DNA of 64,000 nt from NCBI GenBank assembly GCA_965208125.1, contig OZ242320.1, positions 3,968,001-4,032,000 of the forward strand, in the 5' to 3' direction. The notes under the pieces were generated by a model, which worked only from the letters and a program-made list of their open reading frames with translations, had not been told where the DNA came from and did no database searches. Below, in pieces: positions 57,720 through 64,000 of this stretch; positions within the stretch are counted from its first letter, which is position 1; each line of letters opens with the position of its first letter. The position numbers were made by a program, and so were the translations under genes. The stretch comes from Candidatus Latescibacterota bacterium. GTDB lineage: Bacteria; Latescibacterota; UBA2968.

Positions 57720-59504
57720 ATGAAATATCTCAAAGGCATACAGGCATCTCCGGGCATTGCAATTGCACCGGTGTATTTATACGATCCGGAAGAGTTTCCC
57801 GTGGATCAACGCCGGATAGATCCCAGCGATATTCCCGCAGAAAAAGCGAGGCTGCAAGAGGCAGTCAAAGCAGTGTCTGAGGATTTCGCAGCTACACGGG
57901 CGCATGTCGAGGACATACTGGGCAAAGAGCACGCGCAGATATTCGACGCGCATCTGCTCATGTTGCAAGACCCCATGCTTCTCGAGCTTACATATCCACA
58001 CATAGAAAAATATAATGCCGAATACGCTTTCTGGACGACTTTCCAGAATTTGCGTCGTCAATTTGAAGCGTTTCAAGATGATTATTTGAGAGAACGCGGT
58101 GCCGATTTATTGGGCATTGCAAAGCGAGTGTTAGCCAAATTGGGGAATTGGGAAAAGGCCGGGTTAGACCGATTGCCCGACAAAGCGATTGTCGTTGCAC
58201 GCGATTTAATGCCCGACGATATGGCGCACTTACAACCCGACCGGGTTTTGGGACTTGTGACAGAGGTCGGTGGTCCCACGTCCCACGCGATTATTCTGGC
58301 GCGCGGGTTAGAGATCCCCGCTGTTGTCAGCGTTGCCAATGCGCTATCTGATGCGCGTATAGGCGATATCGCGATAGTAGATGGTCGCCGCGGAGATTTT
58401 ATTCTCAACCCGGATGATAAAACACTCGCACAGTATCGAAGCCTGGCCGAAAGATTGAGAAAGCGAAAGGCCGGGTTGGTCGATTCCCGAGATTTGCCCG
58501 CCCAGACTGAGGACGGTGTTCGGGTCGCGTTGCAGGCCAATGTGGAATTGCCCAGCGAGGTGCATTCTGCGATGGACTACGGTGCTGAGGGCGTCGGGTT
58601 GTACCGCACGGAATATCTCTATCTCTCCAGCGATATTTTGCCCGATGAGGCCTCGCAGGTTGCCGCTTATTCGCAAATGGCCAGGCGTATTGCGCCACAT
58701 CCTCTCGTGATTCGCACCCTGGATCTGGGGGGCGATAAAATGTCGCATGTGCTCAATACACAGACAGAGATGAATCCCTTTTTGGGTTTGCGTTCCATCC
58801 GGCTGACGCTGAGACACCGCGACCTTTTTAAAGTGCAGCTTCGGGCGATCTTAAAAGCGAGTGCTGTTGGCAATGTGAAGTTGATGTTGCCCCTGATTTC
58901 GGGGATTGACGAATTGCGCGAGGCTCTTGCCGTACTCGATGATGTGCGCGAAGAATTGACGCGAGAGGGCGTGCCTTTTAATCCCCAGTGTCCCGTTGGG
59001 GTCATGATCGAAGTTCCTTCTGCAGCGCTGATAGCCGATCAATTGGCGCGGGAAGTCGATTTTTTCAGCATTGGCACCAATGACCTGATCCAATACACGC
59101 TTGCCGTTGATCGCGGCAATGATCTCGTCTCGTATTTATTCGAGCCGTTTCACCCCGCGGTCTTGCGATTGATCAAGGGCGTGGTCGATGCAGCGCATGC
59201 GGAAAATATACCGGTGACTGTTTGCGGCGAGAATGCGGGAGATCCGCATTCTGGATTGTTGCTGGTGGGCCTGGGGGTTGATAAGCTGTCGATGACGCCT
59301 TCGGCACTGCCCGAGGTCAAACGCGCAATTCGCAATACATCTTTTAAGCAGCTTCAGACACTTGGCGAAGATGTGCTCAATATGCAGGAGATCGCAGATA
59401 TTCGAGCGCGTGTAAACGCCACGTTATCCGATGAGGATGACGAGATGTTCGTTGGGGGGGAAAGTGGTGAGACTACACTACAAATGAGATTGTCATTGTT
59501 CTGA
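57720..59504 (+). CDS. ptsI: PTS enzyme I
   Basis: GGPTSHA, GLYRTE, NPFLGLR, SIGTNDL, CGE. Confidence 0.97.
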   Translation: MKYLKGIQASPGIAIAPVYLYDPEEFPVDQRRIDPSDIPAEKARLQEAVKAVSEDFAATRAHVEDILGKEHAQIFDAHLLMLQDPMLLELTYPHIEKYNAEYAFWTTFQNLRRQFEAFQDDYLRERGADLLGIAKRVLAKLGNWEKAGLDRLPDKAIVVARDLMPDDMAHLQPDRVLGLVTEVGGPTSHAIILARGLEIPAVVSVANALSDARIGDIAIVDGRRGDFILNPDDKTLAQYRSLAERLRKRKAGLVDSRDLPAQTEDGVRVALQANVELPSEVHSAMDYGAEGVGLYRTEYLYLSSDILPDEASQVAAYSQMARRIAPHPLVIRTLDLGGDKMSHVLNTQTEMNPFLGLRSIRLTLRHRDLFKVQLRAILKASAVGNVKLMLPLISGIDELREALAVLDDVREELTREGVPFNPQCPVGVMIEVPSAALIADQLAREVDFFSIGTNDLIQYTLAVDRGNDLVSYLFEPFHPAVLRLIKGVVDAAHAENIPVTVCGENAGDPHSGLLLVGLGVDKLSMTPSALPEVKRAIRNTSFKQLQTLGEDVLNMQEIADIRARVNATLSDEDDEMFVGGESGETTLQMRLSLF

Positions 59505-59525
59505 TTTTTTTATAGGAGCAAGTTT

Positions 59526-60659
59526 ATGGGGCGTTTGTTTACGTCGGAATCGGTTTCTGAAGGGCATCCAGATAAGGTAGCGGATCAAATTTCGGATGCC
59601 GTGCTGGATGCTATGTTAGAGAAAGATCCCAAATCGAGAGTGGCTTGTGAAACGCTGGTGACAACCGGGTTTGTGGTCGTCGCGGGGGAAGTGACCAGTA
59701 AGGCAGTTGTAGATTTTCAGTCGCTGGTGCGCGGCGTAATTAAAGAGATTGGCTATACGGATTCGAGCTATGGATTTGATTACAAAAGTTGTGAGATCAT
59801 GGTGAAATTGGATCAGCAATCGTCCGATATTGCGCTGGGAGTGGATACGGGTGGAGCGGGGGATCAAGGGATGATGTTTGGATATGCCTGTCGAGAAACA
59901 CCAGAATTAATGCCGTTGCCCATTATCCTGTCTCACAAATTGGTGGCAGAACTCGCGCAAATCCGGAAAGATAAAGGGCTTTCATATTTGCGTCCCGATA
60001 GCAAAGCACAGGTGACGGTGGAATACGACGGGGACGAACCGGCGCGCGCACACACGGTGGTGGTTTCGACGCAGCACGATGAAGACGTGTCCCACGAACA
60101 GATTGTGCGGGATGTGAAAGAGAAAGTGATCCGCGAGGTGGTGCCCACGCATCTTTTGGATGGAGATACGATTTATCACGTCAATCCAACTGGCAAATTT
60201 GTGGTAGGTGGACCATATGGCGATTGCGGATTGACCGGGCGGAAGATTATTGTGGATACGTACGGTGGGATGGGGCGTCACGGCGGCGGGGCGTTTTCAG
60301 GCAAAGATCCGACCAAGGTAGATCGCAGCGGACATTATGCGGCGCGCTGGGTCGCCAAAAATGTCGTTGCTGCGGGTCTTGCGTCTCGATGCGAAGTGCA
60401 ACTGGCTTACGCTATTGGGGTGGCAAAACCCGTTTCGGTCGCTGTAGATACGTTTGGTACGGGTAAAATTGAAGAATCAAAAATCGTTGATCTGATTGAC
60501 GATCACTTTGACCTGACGCCGTCGGGCATTATTGCTGCACTGAAATTGACCAGGCCCGTGTATCGTTCTACAGCCGCTTATGGTCATTTTGGACGCGGAG
60601 AATTTACATGGGAGCAGACGAGTAAAGCCGAGGTTTTAAGAAAAGCCGCAGGACTGTAA
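59526..60659 (+). CDS. metK: S-adenosylmethionine synthetase
   Basis: [26 protein letters not shown]. Confidence 0.99.
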   Translation: MGRLFTSESVSEGHPDKVADQISDAVLDAMLEKDPKSRVACETLVTTGFVVVAGEVTSKAVVDFQSLVRGVIKEIGYTDSSYGFDYKSCEIMVKLDQQSSDIALGVDTGGAGDQGMMFGYACRETPELMPLPIILSHKLVAELAQIRKDKGLSYLRPDSKAQVTVEYDGDEPARAHTVVVSTQHDEDVSHEQIVRDVKEKVIREVVPTHLLDGDTIYHVNPTGKFVVGGPYGDCGLTGRKIIVDTYGGMGRHGGGAFSGKDPTKVDRSGHYAARWVAKNVVAAGLASRCEVQLAYAIGVAKPVSVAVDTFGTGKIEESKIVDLIDDHFDLTPSGIIAALKLTRPVYRSTAAYGHFGRGEFTWEQTSKAEVLRKAAGL

Positions 60660-60687
60660 TATTTTAATATCATCACGCCAATTTTTT

Positions 60688-60715
60688 AGCGCGGAATGCA
60701 CTTCCGCGCTTTTTT
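60688..60715 (+). terminator. Rho-independent terminator
   Basis: AGCGCGGAA-TGCAC-TTCCGCGCT-TTTTT. Confidence 0.85.
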
Positions 60716-60735
60716 ATTTTGGGTAAATAGCGTTC

Positions 60736-62097
60736 TCATCTTTCGAGATCGTATTGTTTTATTTTTTTGTGCAAATTGGTGCGTTCGATGCCCAGGGCAT
60801 TGGATGCGCGTGTGACATTGCCTTTGTGTCGCTCCAGTGCCTGGGCAATGTAGTGCCGCTCAACGGCCTCGCGCACCTGACGAAGTGTTTTTCCTGCGCC
60901 GAGATCCGGGAAAGAACCGGGTTGTCTTGGAATGCTCATGCCATCTAAGGTGGGTAAATCTTCAGGGTAGATGGTGTCTCCCGAAACCATAATTGAGAGG
61001 CGTTCAACCAGGTTTTTCAGTTCGCGGATGTTGCCGGGCCAGTCGTATTGCAAGAGCAGGTCTCGCGCTTCTGCCGATAGTGCTTTGGGTAAAAATCCAT
61101 TTTCTTCAGCATAGGCTTTGAGGAAGTGTTCGGCCAGCGCGGGGATGTCTTCGCGACGCTCCCGCAAGGGCGGCGCTGTCAATGGCACCACATTCAGGCG
61201 AAAGTAGAGATCTTCTCGAAATTTGCCATGCTCGACTTCGGCGTGCAAGTTTTTGTTTGTCGCCGCGATGACGCGCACATCTACCCTAAAGGTTTTGGCA
61301 CCACCTACCCGTTCAAATTCACCCTGCTCAAGTGCGCGCAAAACCTTGGCCTGTACCGACAGGCTCATGTCGCCAATTTCATCGAGAAATAACGTCCCTC
61401 CATCGGCCTGGAGGAATTTGCCATCGCGCGTTTTGACCGCGCCGGTAAATGCGCCTCGATCACTTCCAAACAATTCGCTTTCAATGAGTTCTTCGGGAAT
61501 AGCAGCACAGTTTACTTTGATAAATGAATTTTTCGCTCTGTGACTCATTTTGTGAACAGCGCGGGCAATGAGTTCTTTGCCTGTGCCGCTTTCTCCGAGG
61601 ATGAGGACGCGTCCATTAGTGGGGGCAACGCGCGCGATCTGGTTGCGTATTTCTGATAGGGCAGGACTTTGCCCCACCATTTCATAGCGCCCTTCAATTT
61701 GTTGCTTGAGGTGGCGATTTTCCGCAGCGAGTTCCCGCGTTTGAAGGGCACGAGAAATCGCCAGGAGCACTTTGTCGCGATCGAGAGGTTTTTCCAGGAA
61801 ATCATAGGCCCCTCGTTTGATGGCGAGAACTGCGTTTTGCACATTGCCGTGTCCCGAAATCATGATGACTGCCAGATTGGGACGCACTTCGAGGAGTTTG
61901 GGCAACAGATCGAGGCCGTTGATTTCTGGCATAACAATATCGAGCAAGACCAGGTGAATGCGTTCTTTTTGCAATACGTCAAGTCCCACTTGTGCCGAGA
62001 CACAGGTAAAGACCTGATAGCCTTCACCCGATAAGATCATGTCTAAGGTTCGGCGAATATTTCTTTCGTCGTCAATAATGAGAATATTTTGGTTCAT
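60736..62097 (-). CDS. Sigma54-dependent response regulator (NtrX/NtrC-like)
   Basis: REC domain, [22 protein letters not shown], Fis HTH. Confidence 0.95.
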   Translation of the reverse strand: MNQNILIIDDERNIRRTLDMILSGEGYQVFTCVSAQVGLDVLQKERIHLVLLDIVMPEINGLDLLPKLLEVRPNLAVIMISGHGNVQNAVLAIKRGAYDFLEKPLDRDKVLLAISRALQTRELAAENRHLKQQIEGRYEMVGQSPALSEIRNQIARVAPTNGRVLILGESGTGKELIARAVHKMSHRAKNSFIKVNCAAIPEELIESELFGSDRGAFTGAVKTRDGKFLQADGGTLFLDEIGDMSLSVQAKVLRALEQGEFERVGGAKTFRVDVRVIAATNKNLHAEVEHGKFREDLYFRLNVVPLTAPPLRERREDIPALAEHFLKAYAEENGFLPKALSAEARDLLLQYDWPGNIRELKNLVERLSIMVSGDTIYPEDLPTLDGMSIPRQPGSFPDLGAGKTLRQVREAVERHYIAQALERHKGNVTRASNALGIERTNLHKKIKQYDLER

Positions 62098-63536
62098 CGC
62101 TGTTCCTCCGGTTGCGCTATAGCTCGGTCGGGAATGGGGAGTTGAAGATCGAATTGTGCGCCTCCTTCAGGGGCATCAGTGACCGAGATGTGCCCTCCGT
62201 GATCTTCAATGATGTTGTGCACTACGGCAAGGCCCAGACCCATACCGCTTTCTTTTGTGGAGACATAAGGTTGGAAGATGCGCACGCGATCTTTCAGGGG
62301 CACACCCGGCCCGCTGTCAATTACGGACAGTATAGCCGTGTCGTCAGACGTGCGCGTACGAATCTCGATCTGGCCGTTTTTGTCAGAGGCGTCAAGACCA
62401 TTTTCTATAAGGTTAATCAGCACCCGACGCATCTGTTCGGCGTCGAGTTCGATCTCGGGCTGATTTTCCTCCAGGTTGAGGTGAATGCGGGCATCCGGGT
62501 AGAGGCGAACAACATTGTGTACACACTCATTGAGGTCGCTGAGAGATAGTGAGAGAGAGGGCATGCGGGCAAAGTTGGCAAATTCTTGAACCAGAGATCT
62601 GAGATTTTCGACTTCTTCCGTGACGATTTCCGTGCAGTTGGTTACAAATTGTTGATATGCGGGATCACTGCCAGAATATTTATCGCGCATTTGCTGCACG
62701 GCAAGTTGAATGGGCGTCAACGGATTTTTTATTTCATGAGCAAGGCGTCGCGCTATTTCGCGCCAGGCTGCAATTTGCTCGGCTTCGAGTCTTTTGCGTC
62801 TGTTTTCTACAAGGTCTTGCGCCATCTGGTTAAAGGATTCGATAAGTAGGCCGATCTCGTCATTCCTGCCTTTGGGAATGCGGTATTGCAGGTTATCGCG
62901 TGCCATTTCTCGCGTGCCTTTAAGCAGTGCGTTAAGCGGGCGCGTGATTCCAAAGCCAATGCGAACGCCAATCACAGATGCCAGCAGGACAACACCTGTT
63001 GCAGCGACGAGAAAGGCGAGTAGAAATGCTGTGCGCAGATCGTCTTCCGTCATTTCAATATGTTTGTACGTATGTACGGCATTTTCAACATCGATGAATG
63101 CCTCGAGTGAAAGCAGGGCAGTTAGTGCTCGTTGCGAATCGGGAAGCGCGAGTACCAGTTGAAGCTGATCGTTTTCTACTTTGGAGACCACGGGGCCTTG
63201 CGAAAGATCTATGTCGATCTGTTCGATAGGAGAAATATGCAGGGTCAGGTCGTCGAGATCGGCATCTGCAAACACGGCGTGTAAGGTATTGAGGTCGCGG
63301 TGAGGTGGCGCAGACAAAAGCTGTCCAATGTCCTGAAGTTGTCGTTTTTTGGCGTTGTAGTTCTCTTTTGCCAGAGAAAGCGCACTGGTCAGCGCACTGC
63401 CCATCTCGACATTGACGTTGGTCTGAAGGCTCTGCGCCACAAAGTATCGTGCGAGCAGTGCGAGTATGAGCGTCGTGCCCAATGCCAGACCAATCAGGGC
63501 GGCGATGATGCGCCAGCGCAGGGGAATAGCTCTCAT
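62094..63536 (-). CDS. HAMP sensor histidine kinase (NtrY-like)
   Basis: Two TM helices, HAMP, AWREIARRLAHEIKNPLTPIQL, GMGLGL. Confidence 0.93.
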   Translation of the reverse strand: MRAIPLRWRIIAALIGLALGTTLILALLARYFVAQSLQTNVNVEMGSALTSALSLAKENYNAKKRQLQDIGQLLSAPPHRDLNTLHAVFADADLDDLTLHISPIEQIDIDLSQGPVVSKVENDQLQLVLALPDSQRALTALLSLEAFIDVENAVHTYKHIEMTEDDLRTAFLLAFLVAATGVVLLASVIGVRIGFGITRPLNALLKGTREMARDNLQYRIPKGRNDEIGLLIESFNQMAQDLVENRRKRLEAEQIAAWREIARRLAHEIKNPLTPIQLAVQQMRDKYSGSDPAYQQFVTNCTEIVTEEVENLRSLVQEFANFARMPSLSLSLSDLNECVHNVVRLYPDARIHLNLEENQPEIELDAEQMRRVLINLIENGLDASDKNGQIEIRTRTSDDTAILSVIDSGPGVPLKDRVRIFQPYVSTKESGMGLGLAVVHNIIEDHGGHISVTDAPEGGAQFDLQLPIPDRAIAQPEEQR

Positions 63537-63557
63537 AGTTGTGTCTCCAGACAGTGT

Positions 63558-64000
63558 TTATTCATTAAGAAGGTGTGGGAGTGCGCTGGGGCGAAATCTG
63601 AACAGGTCAATCCATTCAGGAGATGTGGATCTGTCCAGAGTGAAAAAAAATTCGAGAAAGCTGCCTTTTTCGATTATCTTGAGCCATTGTCGCGTGCGTT
63701 CTCGTTGCTCGGGCGAGATTGGGTTTACGTCTATCCGCACCTGCAGGGTGATAGGCTCGTCGGGAAAGGGAAGCTGAGCCAGTGCGAGTCCCTGAAGTTC
63801 AGAACACGCGTGTCGAATGTCTTCAAAATGAGATGTAATCTGCGTGTCTGGTCGCGCGGATTGCCGGATGAGGCGATATTGCCCTTCCCAGATGTCGTGC
63901 TCCAAACGCCTGAACAGGCTGCTTTGGCCCAGATTATCTCCACGATCTGTCCGCAGGCGAAATTGCACGGCGATAGATGTCGTCATGCCCGATTCAATGG
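63558..64000 (-). CDS. Hypothetical protein (possibly DUF4390-like), start lies beyond the window
   Basis: Frame stays open to the window edge; sits upstream of the NtrY-like kinase. Confidence 0.55.
   Translation of the reverse strand, partial: IESGMTTSIAVQFRLRTDRGDNLGQSSLFRRLEHDIWEGQYRLIRQSARPDTQITSHFEDIRHACSELQGLALAQLPFPDEPITLQVRIDVNPISPEQRERTRQWLKIIEKGSFLEFFFTLDRSTSPEWIDLFRFRPSALPHLLNE

Overview
Bacterial chromosomal window. The gene content (five PhyH-family dioxygenases, a sulfatase, a sialidase-like protein, a repeat-rich secreted protein, group II GGGP synthase, large SRP RNA) suggests a marine, possibly sponge-associated FCB-type lineage; this is inference only. Three zones. (1) 1-11.4 kb: a BlaI / BlaR1-like / TonB module with three copies of a palindromic operator, followed by metabolic genes including xylA. 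(2) About 11.5-40.3 kb: an accessory region ending at the 3' end of tRNA-Asn. Its catabolic half has a GH117 plus anhydrogalactonate cycloisomerase pair and a duplicated PhyH gene lacking the HxD aspartate, with a methyltransferase between the copies. Its defence half has a Fic fragment, an IS1595 remnant, a putAbiC-like gene, a Type IIG R-M gene, TIGR02391, and FRG and MTase pseudogenes; a 6.3-kb part is bounded by 60-bp inverted repeats and contains no transposase. (3) 40.5-64 kb: core genes (rpiB, tadA, tRNAs, ffs, dnaX-ybaB-recR, pgsA, pgpA, thpR, recA, recX, alaS, ptsH-ptsI, metK, NtrY/NtrX-like pair), with a 15-repeat secreted protein gene between recA and recX. All family assignments come from motifs recognised by eye; no database searches were run.
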